A stretch of DNA of 64,000 bases from an uncultured Planctomycetaceae bacterium (GCA_963813715.1 CAWFAK010000008.1:1-64000), one strand, 5' to 3'. Counted from the stretch's first letter, positions 12,015 to 23,418 are shown. Notes: a model not told the origin generated them from the sequence alone. Program-made: numbers and translations.

Positions 12015-13490
12015 ATGCGTGAATTGCCGCGCTTCTTCGCCCCGCCCAGCCCCGCGTTTGAATCCCGCCGCGAGTTTTTGACTCGGGCCGGCAACGGCTT
12101 TGGCATGCTGGCTCTCGCCGGCTTGCTGCAAGAGCAGGGGCTGCTCGGCAAGGCTGCTGCGTCGACCGTCGATCCGCGGAACCCGCTCGCTCCGCACGAC
12201 GGGCATTTTCCGGCGAAGGCCAAGGCCGTCATCTGGCTGTTCATGAACGGCGGGCCGAGCCAGGTCGATACGTGGGACTACAAGCCGGAACTCGCCCGCC
12301 GCGACGGCCAGGCACTGCCCGGCTTCGACAAGGACACCGGCTTTTTCACCGAACAGGTCGGCCCGGTGATGAAGTCGCCGTTTCACTTCCGGCAGCACGG
12401 CGATTGCGGCAAGTGGGGCTCGGAGATTTTTCCGAACATCGCCCAGCACGTCGACAAAATGGCCTTCATCCATTCCTGCTGGACGACGTCCAACAACCAT
12501 TCGCCCGCCCTGTTCATGATCAACACGGGCATGTCGCGGATGGGTTTTCCCTGCGTCGGCTCGTGGGTGACGTACGGACTGGGCAGCGAGAACCGCAGCC
12601 TGCCCGGCTTCGTCACGATGTACGACACGCTGGGCCGCGGCCTGCCCAAGGGGAACGCGTCGAACTGGGGCTCGGGCTTTTTGCCGAGCATCTACCAGGG
12701 GACGGTCCTCAAGCCGAAGGGCGCGCCGATCGACAATCTCTTTCCGCCGCAGGGAGTCACCGATCGCGAGCAGCGTTCGCAGCTCGACCTGCTCAAGAAA
12801 CTCAATCAGCGGCACCTCGCCCAGACGCCCGACGACTCGGAGCTGGCCGCGCGGATCGAGAGCTTCGAGCTGGCGTATCGCATGCAGATGGCGGCTCCCG
12901 AGTGCCTCGATCTCGAACGCGAGTCGCTGGCGACGCAGCGGCTGTACGGGCTCGACAATCCGCGGTGCACCCACATCGCCAAGCAATGCCTGATCGCCCG
13001 CCGCCTCGTCGAGCGGGGCGTGCGGTTCGTGCAGATTTATAGCGGCGGAATGGAAAACGAACGCAGCTGGGACGGCCACCAGGACATCGTCAAGAATCAT
13101 GCCGGCTTCGCCCGCGAGGTCGACATCCCCATCGCCGGCCTGTTGACCGATCTGGCCGGACGCGGCTTGCTCGACTCGACGCTCGTGCTCTGCTGCGGCG
13201 AATTCGGCCGGCTGCCGATCGTGCAAAAGGGCGGCACCGGCCGCGACCACAATCCGCACGCCTTCACCACCTGGATGGCCGGCGGCGGCGTGAAAGGCGG
13301 CGTCTCCTACGGCGAAACCGACGAAATCGGCTTCAAGGCCGTCAAGAACAAAGTCGGCGTCCACGATCTGCACGCGACCGTGCTGGCCCTATTAGGCATC
13401 GAGCACACGCGGCTGACCTATCGCTACAGCGGCCGCGACTTCCGCCTGACGGACGTCGAGGGGACTGTCGTTCGCGACGTCCTCGCGTAG
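12015..13490 (+). CDS. DUF1501 domain protein (Tat-exported)
   Basis: SRREFL Tat motif, FMNGGPSQVDTWDYKP, ARRLVERGVRFVQ, GEFGRLP, GRDHNP, RLTDV. Confidence 0.95.
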   Translation: MRELPRFFAPPSPAFESRREFLTRAGNGFGMLALAGLLQEQGLLGKAAASTVDPRNPLAPHDGHFPAKAKAVIWLFMNGGPSQVDTWDYKPELARRDGQALPGFDKDTGFFTEQVGPVMKSPFHFRQHGDCGKWGSEIFPNIAQHVDKMAFIHSCWTTSNNHSPALFMINTGMSRMGFPCVGSWVTYGLGSENRSLPGFVTMYDTLGRGLPKGNASNWGSGFLPSIYQGTVLKPKGAPIDNLFPPQGVTDREQRSQLDLLKKLNQRHLAQTPDDSELAARIESFELAYRMQMAAPECLDLERESLATQRLYGLDNPRCTHIAKQCLIARRLVERGVRFVQIYSGGMENERSWDGHQDIVKNHAGFAREVDIPIAGLLTDLAGRGLLDSTLVLCCGEFGRLPIVQKGGTGRDHNPHAFTTWMAGGGVKGGVSYGETDEIGFKAVKNKVGVHDLHATVLALLGIEHTRLTYRYSGRDFRLTDVEGTVVRDVLA

Positions 13491-13576
13491 AGGCGCGGTT
13501 ACCGAGCCCCCAGCGTCAGCTGGGGGAGTCTGCGGATGTGACGATTGATGCTCTGCGTGTCGATGGGACGGGAGAG

Positions 13577-13732
13577 TTCACCACAAAGACACGAAGGCAC
13601 GAAGGTAAGACAAGGCTTAAGCAGGAGGTCGCAGAGGGACGCAGAGATTTTGATGGCTGCCTTTTCTCTGTTGCCTCTGTTACCTCCTGTTCAAATCCCG
13701 TCTTCTTTGTGTCTTCGTATCTTTCTGGTGAA
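13577..13732. repeat. Nested inverted-repeat element (MITE/REP-like)
   Basis: Outer arms 13577-13604 / 13705-13732 (TTCACCACAAAGACACGAAGGCACGAAG) and inner arms about 13619-13646 / 13666-13692. Confidence 0.75.
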
Positions 13733-13858
13733 TCAAAATCTTCAAATCGCAATTCGCGTGACGGCCGGCGAACGGTTAAGCTTTCGCGGTACAAGCAGGG
13801 GCGTGCCGTGTCGAAATGCGGCGAGGCGGACACGGTTAGACTGCTTAGGAGCAAGTTC

Positions 13859-14257
13859 ATGTCGATGAACCCGATTTCAACCTGGCACCAAATCGTGAGA
13901 TCCCGCGACCCGCGTGGTCTCGACAATCTGCTTGCCGACGACGTCGTCTTCTATTCGCCGGTAGTGCACACGCCCCAGGTTGGAAAGCCGATTACGAAGA
14001 AGTATCTCGCCGCCGCCGCGCAGGTCTTTTTCAACGACTCCTTTCACTACGTTCGCGAGCTGACGAGCGATCGAGATGCCGTGCTCGAATTCGAGCTCGA
14101 ACTAGAAGGCATCAAGATCAACGGCGTCGACCTGATCAAATGGAACAACGCCGGCAAGATCGTGGAATTTAAAGTCATGCTGCGGCCGCTGAAGGCGGTT
14201 AACCTGATCCACGAGAAAATGGGGGCGATGTTGCAGGCCAAGCCGTCGGAGTCGTAA
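13859..14257 (+). CDS. SnoaL-like / NTF2 family protein
   Basis: LLADDVVFYSPVVHTPQVGK...INGVDLIKWN..GKIVEFKVMLRPLKA; RBS AGGAG before ATG 13859. Confidence 0.9.
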   Translation: MSMNPISTWHQIVRSRDPRGLDNLLADDVVFYSPVVHTPQVGKPITKKYLAAAAQVFFNDSFHYVRELTSDRDAVLEFELELEGIKINGVDLIKWNNAGKIVEFKVMLRPLKAVNLIHEKMGAMLQAKPSES

Positions 14258-14304
14258 GGGTGTGACAAGTCCGCCAGAGGCGGACGCAGGCACGCCATTG
14301 CTTT

Positions 14305-15708
14305 CTACTTGCCGCCGATCGCTTTCGCCATCGCCACGGCCAGCAGCTCGTTGCCCGTCGGGTTGAGGTGGCAGCAGTTGTCGCGGTAGGTCGGCTGGGT
14401 GATTTGGGCGAAGATTCCCGTCAGATCGTGGAAGCGGACGCCTTGGGCGGCCAGCTCGCGGCCCGCGGTGATGAGCATCGGGTAGCCGGTTTCGACGGCA
14501 GCCTTGGCCGGGTATGTCGGCTCGACCGTGAGACTCCGCTCCAGCTCGCTCATCGGCTTGGAGCCGGGGAGGTATTGATTGGGCTGCAGAAAGTCGTGGT
14601 ATTCGATTCCCATCGCGTCGCAGACTTTCGCCAACTCCAGCGAGGACCGTTGCCAGATGCCGACGCAGTGGCGCAAGAACGCGGACAGGTCGGCGAAAGT
14701 TGCGGGCGGTCCCTGCGCGGTGAAGCTCCGGTGCTTTTCTCGCAGCTTAATCGTGTCGTTGTAACCGGCGAGGATCGAGCGCGAGAGCCACTCGTGTCGC
14801 ACGGACCAAACGAGCCGCGCCGTCGGCGAATAGCACCACGGGAGCGCTTCGAAGTGCTGCGCCCAGTCGCGGTCGATCTCTTGCAGATAAACGACCTCGC
14901 CCATCCGCCGTAAGAGGGCCGTGTCGCGGCGTTCGAGCACTCGGATGCCCCAATCGCGGGGAAAACTCGGAAAGACTCCGGCGGGCTTGTTTTCAACGAC
15001 GGGCAGCGCGAGCTCGTTATAGCCGTCGATGTTGACGATCAGATCGAACTCGGCCCCCAGCGCGAGCAAGTAGTTGACGACGAAGAGTTGCTGCGGCTGT
15101 TTGTAGCCGGGAAGCGCCAGCTGGACGAAAGCGATTCGCTTGTCGGCGAATCGCGGGAGCCGTTTGAGCTGTGCCTCGAATTCCGGGAGGCCGAACTGGC
15201 AGAACTCCTGGGCCAGCGATCCGCCCACGATGCCGACGATGACCTTGCCCTTTTCCCGATGCTGAATCGGCGAATTGTCGTCGATGAAGCCGAACTCATT
15301 GATCGGCAGCGTACCCGGCTCGGGCTGCTCTTTTGGCCGACGCACGAATCCGAAATAGGGGTGGACCGAGTCCTCGGCCGCGAGCGGATCGTCGAAATCG
15401 AGATGCGACGCGGCCGTCGTGTCGAGGTCACGCCAGCTTCCGGACATGCCGCCCGCCAGAAACAAGAGCGCCACAAACGAGATCAGCTCGGCGAGACCCC
15501 ACGCCACGAGCAGCGCCAAGGCTCGCAGCAGCCAAATCCGGCGACGCGACCGCCGAGGCGCGACGGCAGCGGCAGGCGCGGCAGAGGAGTCGTTGAGGAG
15601 TTGTGTCACGCGAACAGTCACAGAGGAAATGAAGAGTTCTCTCGTGATGCTAACCGCTATCACTCGCGCCAGACAATCCGTTCCGAGTGGCGGCTTGAGG
15701 AGTGTCAC
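14305..15708 (-). CDS. Membrane-anchored SGNH/GDSL-like hypothetical protein
   Basis: N-terminal TM segment, GGS motif, DGYNE, FLQP and DNCCHLNPTGNELLA (DxxH-like); the true start is probably downstream of 15708. Confidence 0.7.
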   Translation of the reverse strand: MTLLKPPLGTDCLARVIAVSITRELFISSVTVRVTQLLNDSSAAPAAAVAPRRSRRRIWLLRALALLVAWGLAELISFVALLFLAGGMSGSWRDLDTTAASHLDFDDPLAAEDSVHPYFGFVRRPKEQPEPGTLPINEFGFIDDNSPIQHREKGKVIVGIVGGSLAQEFCQFGLPEFEAQLKRLPRFADKRIAFVQLALPGYKQPQQLFVVNYLLALGAEFDLIVNIDGYNELALPVVENKPAGVFPSFPRDWGIRVLERRDTALLRRMGEVVYLQEIDRDWAQHFEALPWCYSPTARLVWSVRHEWLSRSILAGYNDTIKLREKHRSFTAQGPPATFADLSAFLRHCVGIWQRSSLELAKVCDAMGIEYHDFLQPNQYLPGSKPMSELERSLTVEPTYPAKAAVETGYPMLITAGRELAAQGVRFHDLTGIFAQITQPTYRDNCCHLNPTGNELLAVAMAKAIGGK

Positions 15709-15796
15709 TCAGTTGTGGGTTCAGTAGCTGCACTCCTTTGCACCGGCGGCGTTATTCACACATGGCAAAATCCGGCGGACGCGGGCGCCTCGCAGA

Positions 15797-15888
15797 GTGT
15801 CCCCCCTCCGGGGCTTGAGCAGGCGCGGGGATCGCAAACCACCGGTTGACACCGGTGGCAAGGGGAGTGTCACGCCTTCGGGGTTTAA
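15797..15888. repeat. REP-like palindromic cluster
   Basis: CCCC-TCC-GGGG, CCACCGGT-TGAC-ACCGGTGG and GCCTTCGGGGT hairpins in an intergenic position. Confidence 0.6.
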
Positions 15889-15900
15889 GACAACGCCGGC

Positions 15901-18379
15901 TCACGGACGCTTCTTAATTAGCCAGACTTCGGCGACGGCGTTGCCGCGGCCGTTGCCGCCGAGGCCGGGTTCGCGATACCAGGTTAGCGTGAGGTGTCCG
16001 TCGCGCGTTGCTTCGCGCGGCACATCGAACTCGACGATTATCGCCGGGCGGGGCTTTTGGATCTCAGGATGGACGACGTATTTGTCGTCCGCCATGAGGC
16101 GAATCTTGGTGCTCGGGGAATCGCCGGCGTACGAGATCCGAACGGCATAGCTGGTGCTCGGATCAAGCTCGTCGTAGTGTAGCCGCAGCGGCGCGTCGTA
16201 GAGCGCCTCCATGTTGTCCCGCCACGTGATCGGATAAAGAGCCGACACCCGGCGGCCGGTGATGAAGCCGATTCGCGGCGTTTCGTAGAACCCCGGGTCG
16301 CCGGCCAGGCCCACGCCGCGCACCAGATGCGGCTGTCGCGAGGGATTTCCCAGGTCGTCATAAAACCCGCCCGGACCAGGATCGGTCCAGTTCACGATGG
16401 TCATCAGTTCGCGAAGCTGGTCGCGTTCGCTCGGGAGTTTGCGGATCTCGTCAAACCGCCGTTTGAGCCACAGGCGGTTATTGAGAGGCTCGTCGATCGT
16501 GTCGAGCGTGGCGCCGCGATCGACCGCAATCGCCTTGTGCCGCTCGACGCTCAGCTGCATGCGGATGCTCTGGAACAGCATGTCGCCCAGCTCGAACACA
16601 CGGGCGCGGAGGTCGGGGGCTACCGGATTCACAATGGATTCGTCGAGCAGCTCTTCGGCTTCCCGCATGGCGATGAGCGGCCCCGTGACTCTCGCGTTGC
16701 GGAGCTTTGCCAACGCGTGCTCTTCGAGGGCCGTTTCATAGATCAAACGATGGTGCACGAAGGCGTCGTAATACGCTCGATAGAGCGCCTGTTGAAATCG
16801 CCAGTTCTCCAAGGTCGCCGGCGGGGCGGACCTTTCCATCGACCGGAATTGGTCGAGCGTCGTCAGCACGCCGCGGTTTGTCAGCAGCGGTCCGCGCCAA
16901 TTTTGCTCGAGTGCCAATAGCCCCTGGGCGAAGTCGTCTGCCAGCGCATCGCTGATGAAGTAGCGGGCATACTGCCGCAGGATTTCGACCACCGGCTGAT
17001 CGGGATCCCAACCGAGGCCGCTCCAGACGAACTTGTTGACGTCGTCGTTGCAGCCCTCGGAATAGCTGATGAAGCCGATCGAATCGGGCGACCAGCCGCG
17101 AAAGATCGTGGCTTCATCCCGCGGCCGCGGATTGATGACCTCGCGCCCCTCGGTCGCCGCGTAGGCGAGATCCCAATCGGGGACGGGGAATTGGCACTGG
17201 CGGCTGTGGGTGATGTCGGGGTAGCGGCGGATGGGATACTTCTTCGGAATGGCCGCCCGCAGCTTGGGGAGCGAAATGCGAATCTGCGGGCCATAGACCA
17301 CGCCGCTCAGCCAGGCCGGCTGCTTCTCATTCACGTAGGAGATGAAGCGGTCGAGCCATTCCTGGTTGAACGATTGCGGCGAGACCCACATCTGAGCCTT
17401 GGGGTGAAAGCGATGCAGATTGGCCGTTTGCTTTTCGAGGAACGGCAAGAGGACCGCCGGGTCGGTGTGGCCGGGGTCGCCGCCGGGGACGAAGACGGCG
17501 TCGACCCGCGGCAGCTGCTTGAAGACGCTTGGCCCACTCATCGAGGGCCTTCTCCACCGTCGCGGGCTTGGAATAGTCGGCATCCATCGCCGGGTACCAG
17601 ATCCAGACGTCGAGCCCGTACTGGTCCAACAGGCGCGACATCTCGACCATCATCTGCATCTGCGGCAGCGGGAAGTGCGGGCTGTCGGCCGCGTCGTCGG
17701 TGCGCGGCGGCAACAGCTCGACCGCGTTGGTGCCGAAGACCGCCAGGTCGCGGATGTATTGCTCCCACATCGGCACCGTCCAGGCGTCGTACGAATTCGT
17801 CTTCGGGCGATAGCCGAGCTGATGACCGCGCAGGCGGTACTTCGGTCCGCTGGCGATGTTCAGAATTCCCGGTACGAGCACCCGCCGCCTGGAGATTCGA
17901 AGTTCGCGTAGCAGCCGACCGACGCCGAACAGCACTCCGCGAGAATCGTTGCCGGCGACCATGACGATTGGCGGTTTGGCGTCGACGACGCGAAGGCGAT
18001 AACCCTCGGGGGCGTCGAAACGCGGCAATTCGGACACCTGGTGCTGGGCCATCACGTCGTTGGCGAACCGCGATGGACCGACGAGGATGACCGCTCCGGC
18101 CTTTTCAGGCCAGCCGTCCGTCACCGGCCAGCGGAGCTGCGAGCGTTTTTCCACCTCCTCGACCAGCATCCGGACGGCCTGCGCCTCGGGTCCGGCCAAG
18201 CCTTTCGGCACAACGACGACGGCAGTGCTCAGGTCGAACGTTTCTGCGGCTTGCGCCGAATGGGCGACGCCGGTCAACAAGCCGGCCACGACGAGGAAGC
18301 CGGCCAGAACGCGGCCGGCACTCGAAAGTCCAACCGCCTGGCGACGCGCAGACCGTAAGATGCGGGCAGTCGCGGCCAT
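15901..18379 (-). CDS. Large exported putative glycoside hydrolase (GH20/GH67-like N-terminal domain); frameshift at about 17530
   Basis: PEGYRL...VAGNDSRGVLFGVGRLLR...P.YRLRGHQLGYRPKTNSYD; ORFs 17327..18511 and 15901..17583 join. Confidence 0.65.
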
Positions 18380-18634
18380 TGGGCAACAATCGTTTTTCAT
18401 GAAAGCGCTGGGAGGTAGGAGTCGGGGGAGCGGGCAGGAGGCGGTTTCGACCGCGCTCGGCGAGGCATTTGCTGCTCTTTTTAGGCTAACTGTCGCTTCG
18501 GGCCTGTGCAATCAGCCTAGCGGCTGCGGTGCCGTCGCGGCCAAGTCGGAGAAATTTGGCATCGCCAGTGCTGGCCTGGCTGCAAACCGCGTATATTGTC
18601 AAAGACGGTTGCTGCGGGCCTGTTGAGAGCGGAC

Positions 18635-20005
18635 ATGCGGATGATGCCCGTCGGAAGGCGCAGGGTGCGCCGCCCTGACGTTTTACTGTTAGTGCTGACA
18701 GTCTGTCTGGCGGTCTGCCCACGGCATTCGGGCTTTTCTGAGGATTTGCCAAAGCCGGAGCGCGAACCGCTCCGCGCGATCCGCCCCGAGCCGCCCACCG
18801 AAGAACGGCTGCACCTGGAGCCGGACGAAAAGAAGATCGTCGACAACGCGGTCGACCACGCGCTCGAATATTTGGCCGCCCACCAAAATGCCGACGGCTC
18901 GTTTCAAAGCCCGCCGATGGCGCGTCCGGCCGTCACGGGGCTGTGCCTGATGGCATTCATGTCGCGGGGGCACCGGCCGAGCGAGGGGGAATACGGCCAG
19001 CTGATGGAGAAGGCCGTTGATTTCATCCTCGGCTTTCAAGATGCGGAAACCGGCGCGATCACGCCCGAGACTTCGAGCGAGTCGTTCTTCTGGACCCGCG
19101 CGGCGGCCTATACGCACGCCATCTGCGGCACCGCTCTGGCCGACGTCTACACCTACACGGGCCGGCTGAAATTCCAGACGCATGACCGCGAGGCGGAGAC
19201 GGTCCGCCGCGACTCGGAACGCCACGACCGGGTCGACAAAGCAATCCGCAAGGCGCTCACCTTCACGCATGCCCAACAGTCGCGGCCCAAAACGGTCGCG
19301 GGCGAGAACGGCGGCTGGCGCTACATCGAGCAGAACCAGCGCAACGACTCCGATCTTTCGGTCACGGCCTGGAACATCATGTTCCTGCACTCGGCCAAGA
19401 AGGCGGGATTCAAAGTTCCCGACACCTGGGTGAAAGCGGGCCTGCGGTTCGTCCATCGCACGTTCAACAAAAAGCTCGGCGGCTTTGTTTACGTGCTCAC
19501 CGAGCCCGAGCGCCGGCATTGCACGCGGGCCACGGTCGGCGGCGGCATCCTCTGCCTGCTGCTGGGGGGCGAGCCCATCAGCCAACCCGTGCTCGATGCG
19601 GCCAGCTGGATCCAACAGCATCCGTTCGAGCAGTACAACCAGTCGTGGCCGCCGGGCGACCGCTATCACTACAGCGCGTTTTATTGCAGCCAGGCAATGG
19701 GCTTACTGGGCGGCTCGAGCTTCCGCGAGTTTTATCCCCGGCTGCTGCACGTGCTGGCCGAGCACCAGCACACCGACGGCTCGTGGGACCCCGAGTCGTT
19801 CAGCTCGGACACCGGCTTCGGCGAGGTCTATTCGACGGCGCTCGCCGTGTTGGCCCTCTCGCCGCCGTACCAGAAGCTCGATACCTACAAGCGCGTAGGC
19901 GGCAAAAACGACGAAGCACGAATGACGTCCGACGGTGCGTCATTCGTGCTACGTGCGGCTGACACGCGGTTTATCCCGAGCGCGGCCTTTACCAGCGCTC
20001 GGTAG
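18635..20005 (+). CDS. Prenyltransferase/squalene oxidase repeat protein
   Basis: ALEYLAAHQNADGSF, GGWRY...SDLSVTAW, LAEHQHTDGSW, YSTALAVLAL; start approximate. Confidence 0.85.
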   Translation: MRMMPVGRRRVRRPDVLLLVLTVCLAVCPRHSGFSEDLPKPEREPLRAIRPEPPTEERLHLEPDEKKIVDNAVDHALEYLAAHQNADGSFQSPPMARPAVTGLCLMAFMSRGHRPSEGEYGQLMEKAVDFILGFQDAETGAITPETSSESFFWTRAAAYTHAICGTALADVYTYTGRLKFQTHDREAETVRRDSERHDRVDKAIRKALTFTHAQQSRPKTVAGENGGWRYIEQNQRNDSDLSVTAWNIMFLHSAKKAGFKVPDTWVKAGLRFVHRTFNKKLGGFVYVLTEPERRHCTRATVGGGILCLLLGGEPISQPVLDAASWIQQHPFEQYNQSWPPGDRYHYSAFYCSQAMGLLGGSSFREFYPRLLHVLAEHQHTDGSWDPESFSSDTGFGEVYSTALAVLALSPPYQKLDTYKRVGGKNDEARMTSDGASFVLRAADTRFIPSAAFTSAR

Positions 20006-20471
20006 ACCCGAAGTCGTCGTCGTCATCGTCGTCGTGCGCTTCGGGGACATGTGGCTGGTGTGGGGGGGCCGGAGCCGGCGGCGTATAGGGCGCAGGGGCC
20101 GGAGCCGGCGTGGGCGCCGGATGCGACATCATCGGCGGCGCGGGCTTCGGAGCCGGGGGCTTCGGCGCTGGCGTCGTCGGGTGTAGCTTCGGCTGCGCCG
20201 GTTTCGGCGGGGCCGGTTTTGGCTGGGCTTGTTTCGGAACGGCGGGCTTCTTCTGCACGGGGGGTTTGGGAGCCGGCTTGGCTTTCTTGGCGGCGGCCAT
20301 GCGGGGGGCTTTTTTAGCGGTCTTCTTGGGAGCCGCCTTTTTGCCCGGAGCTTTCTTGCCCGCGCCCTTTTTGCGGGCAATACTGGCCTTAGGGGCTTTT
20401 TTCTTGCCCTTGGCCATTTTGCCCTTCTTTTTGGACGCCTTGGTCGTCTTCGCCTTTTTCTTCGTGGCCAT
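19989..20471 (-). CDS. Histone H1-like Lys/Ala-rich protein with a Pro-rich middle and acidic tail
   Basis: MATKKKAKTTKASKKKGK...PAPKPP...HDDDDDDDFGSTERW; RBS GAGGA upstream of the ATG. Confidence 0.75.
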   Translation of the reverse strand: MATKKKAKTTKASKKKGKMAKGKKKAPKASIARKKGAGKKAPGKKAAPKKTAKKAPRMAAAKKAKPAPKPPVQKKPAVPKQAQPKPAPPKPAQPKLHPTTPAPKPPAPKPAPPMMSHPAPTPAPAPAPYTPPAPAPPHQPHVPEAHDDDDDDDFGSTERW

Positions 20472-21035
20472 GCGCGTTCCTCGTTGAGGCACTGGGTTTT
20501 GAATGCTCAGGGGGCGGCTCGCCGCCGATCGAGTCCGCCCGATCGATCAATTTGTCCGCGTTCTTCTTAAAGCGACGAAGCAGCAAGTTCCTATAGATAA
20601 CGCGCGGCTTGGGCAATGAAAGAGTCCTGAGCGCTGTTTTTTGTCGAAGTCGACGAGTTTTTTCCAACTGTCCTCCTAATTTGGTTGGGGAAACCCTCGC
20701 CGGAGCGACTCGCGGGACAAATGCCCGGCTTCAGCGCGGCCTAGAATTGGTTGGTCGTCCGGGGTGGCCAATCGACGCCCACCAGGCGGCCATTTGGGGA
20801 CCGAGCGTACAGGGTTCCGCCCGCTCGGATCGGCAGTTTTGCGGGGAAATTTCCTGGAATCGGCGGCAGCGAGGGGTCGCCCTCGTCGATACCTAGGAAA
20901 GCGGAATCGAATTTGCGTTGCGTTTGCAATCGATTCTCAGCGGAAGCGGCCCGGAGCGCCCGGGCGGCCGCGGAGAACGTAATGGCGAAACGGTCCGTGT
21001 GAGCCCGTCCCGGGACGGACGGTCGCATCCGGCCC

Positions 21036-21977
21036 GTGTCGCTTCAAAACGCACGGCTGGGATTTATGCGGTTCGAGGAAGCCTTTTTGAAGGCGGACGA
21101 CGGGGTCGCGCTTTTTGTCCGCCGTTATCAAACCGACTCGCGGGACGCCGACCGCTCAGTGCTCCTGGTCCATGGCATGTCCGAGCACGGCCAATGCTAC
21201 CAGCATGTGGCCGAAGCCATGGTCGCCCGAGGCTGGAACGTGGTGCTGCCCGACCTGCGAGGCCACGGCCAATCGGGCGGGGACCACATCCACGTCAACG
21301 ACTTCTCCGAGTACGTGGCCGACCTGAAACGCATCTTCGACGAGAGCGGGCTCCGCTCGCAAAACACGGTGCTCGTCGGCCATAGCATGGGCGGCCTGAT
21401 CTCGGCCCGCTTCGTCCAGCAGTTCCCCCAGAATGTTTCGGCCCTGGCGCTGTTGTCGCCCCTGTTGGGTATGCGGGTCCGCATTTCGCCCTTCACAATA
21501 GCGATGGCGAAGCTGGTGTCGCTCGTGCGGCCTCGGAGCCGGTTTCGCAAGCGGACCCGTCGCGAGGATTCGACGCGGAATCAGGAGGCCCTGATCCGGG
21601 GCGACGCCGACCCCTTGATTCGCAACTCGGTCACCGCGGCCTGGTATTTTGCCATGCGGCACGCCCTGCGGACGGTCTGGGACCTGGCCGAACAGGTCTC
21701 GTGTCCGACGCTCGTGCTGCAGGCCGGCGCGGATTTGATCGTCGATCCGACGGCGCCGCAGGGCTGGGTGCAGCGAATTGGAAGCACGGACAAGACGATC
21801 CGGATGTTTCCCGACCACTACCACGAGCTGCTTAACGAGCTCGACTGGTCGAACACCCTGGCCGACTTGCTCGACTGGCTCGAGCAGCGATTGATCGTGC
21901 CGACCGGCGCCCCGCTCGCTCTGCCGCCCGCCCGCGTGCAGCCGGCCACATTCGGCTCGGCTGCGTCGGCCTCTTAA
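21036..21977 (+). CDS. Alpha/beta hydrolase (lysophospholipase/monoacylglycerol lipase-like)
   Basis: HGMSEH, DLRGHGQS, GHSMGG nucleophile elbow, D..V and HELLNE. Confidence 0.92.
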   Translation: MSLQNARLGFMRFEEAFLKADDGVALFVRRYQTDSRDADRSVLLVHGMSEHGQCYQHVAEAMVARGWNVVLPDLRGHGQSGGDHIHVNDFSEYVADLKRIFDESGLRSQNTVLVGHSMGGLISARFVQQFPQNVSALALLSPLLGMRVRISPFTIAMAKLVSLVRPRSRFRKRTRREDSTRNQEALIRGDADPLIRNSVTAAWYFAMRHALRTVWDLAEQVSCPTLVLQAGADLIVDPTAPQGWVQRIGSTDKTIRMFPDHYHELLNELDWSNTLADLLDWLEQRLIVPTGAPLALPPARVQPATFGSAASAS

Positions 21978-22235
21978 GAGCCGCGCACGCAGTAAGCGGT
22001 GCCTTTTTTCTTTTTTCTCGCGCCGGTTTCTTCGCGCTTTCAGCGAGAGCGGTAGCGTCTGACGACAGAAAGACACCGCTTACTGCGTGCGCGGCTCCTT
22101 AAACGCCGCTCCTTCACCCACCGCTTTCACCCCCATGTTTGTTGACATTTCGCTGCGGAAAAAATATCCCTGAAGGGTCCATTCTCGCCGGCCCGGTGCG
22201 CACGGGTCAGCGCGGGCGTGCCTGCGAGGAGAAGC

Positions 22236-23418
22236 ATGCGACAGTCTGTTTGTCTGATTGTGCCGATTCTGTTTGGCGTCTCGTTGATCGCTCGGCGGTT
22301 GGACCGCTCGCGTCGCGGCCGCGCCGAAGTCCGCCTCGGCCGACAGCGTGGAAAAATCGCTGGCCGTCGTGCGGGCGGTCGATAAAGGGGGCGAAGGGCA
22401 TCTGGAAGCCCAGCGGGCCATGCAAAGCCTGGCCGCGGCCGATGTCTCCGCTTTGCCCAAGATTCTGAGATCGTTCGACGGGGCCGGGCCTCTGGCCGCC
22501 AACTGGCTCCGCAACGCATTCGAGACGCTGGCCGACCAGAATGTGCGTCTGAAACGGCCGCTTCCCATCACCGAAATCGAGGCCTACGTCCGCGGCACGT
22601 CCCACGATCCCCGCGCCCGGCGGCTGGCCTACGAATGGCTCGCCAAGGTCGATCCGACCGTATCCTCGCGGCTGATTCCCGGTATGCTCCTCGACCCGGC
22701 CCCCGAGCTTCGTCGCGACGCCGTCGCCTTACGGATGAGCGAAGCGGCGAAAGTCGACGCGGCGCACGACAAACCGCGGGCCGTCAAGCTTTATCGCGAA
22801 GCCCTCGCCGGAGCGCTCGCCGACGATCAGGTCAAAGCGATCGCACAGGCCCTCGGCAAGCTGGGCGAAAAGGTGGATATCTCCAAGCACTTCGCCTTTT
22901 TGACCCACTACTCGGTGATTGGCCCGTTCGATAACCACGGCGGCCACGGACTGGAAGCCGTCTATCCGCCCGAGAAGGAAATTCGGCTGGGTGCGTCTTA
23001 CAAGGGCCAGATCGGAAACGTCGTCTGGCAAACGGTCGATAGCCAGGGGGATTATGGCATCGTCGATATCGCCAAGCAGATCAAGCCGTACAAAGGGGCG
23101 GCCATGTACCTGCTCACTCGTTTCCAAAGCCCGACGGCGCGTCACGTCGAGTTGCGGCTGGGGACGGACAACGCCTGGAAGATTTGGGTGAACGGGACCC
23201 AGCTGTTCTCCCGCAACGAATACCACCGTGGCATGGCCCTCGATCAGTACCGCATCCCGGTGACCATGAAGGCGGGCGAAAACGTGATCCTCCTGAAGGT
23301 GTGTCAGAACGAGCAAACCGAGGATTGGGCCCAGATCTATCAGTTTCAGCTGCGGGTCTGTGATGCGAGCGGCCGAGGCATCGCCTCCGGCGAGCCCGCG
23401 ATAGTCGGAGGCCGGTGA
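22236..23418 (+). CDS. Exported hypothetical protein (helical repeats + C-terminal beta-sandwich); 5' frameshift
   Basis: RBS GAGGAG with ATG 22236 and a signal-like start; main ORF 22348..23418 has VIGPFDN and LGTDNAWKIWVNG...GENVILLKV. Confidence 0.7.

Noticed and set aside
10134..13373. 1079-aa minus-strand ORF
   Set aside because: Antisense shadow of the DUF1553 and DUF1501 genes, expected in high-GC DNA; no motifs.
9523..13490. DUF1553-DUF1501 pairs as a novel system
   Set aside because: Function is unknown, but this is a well-known, highly expanded planctomycete gene pair and nothing here is distinctive.
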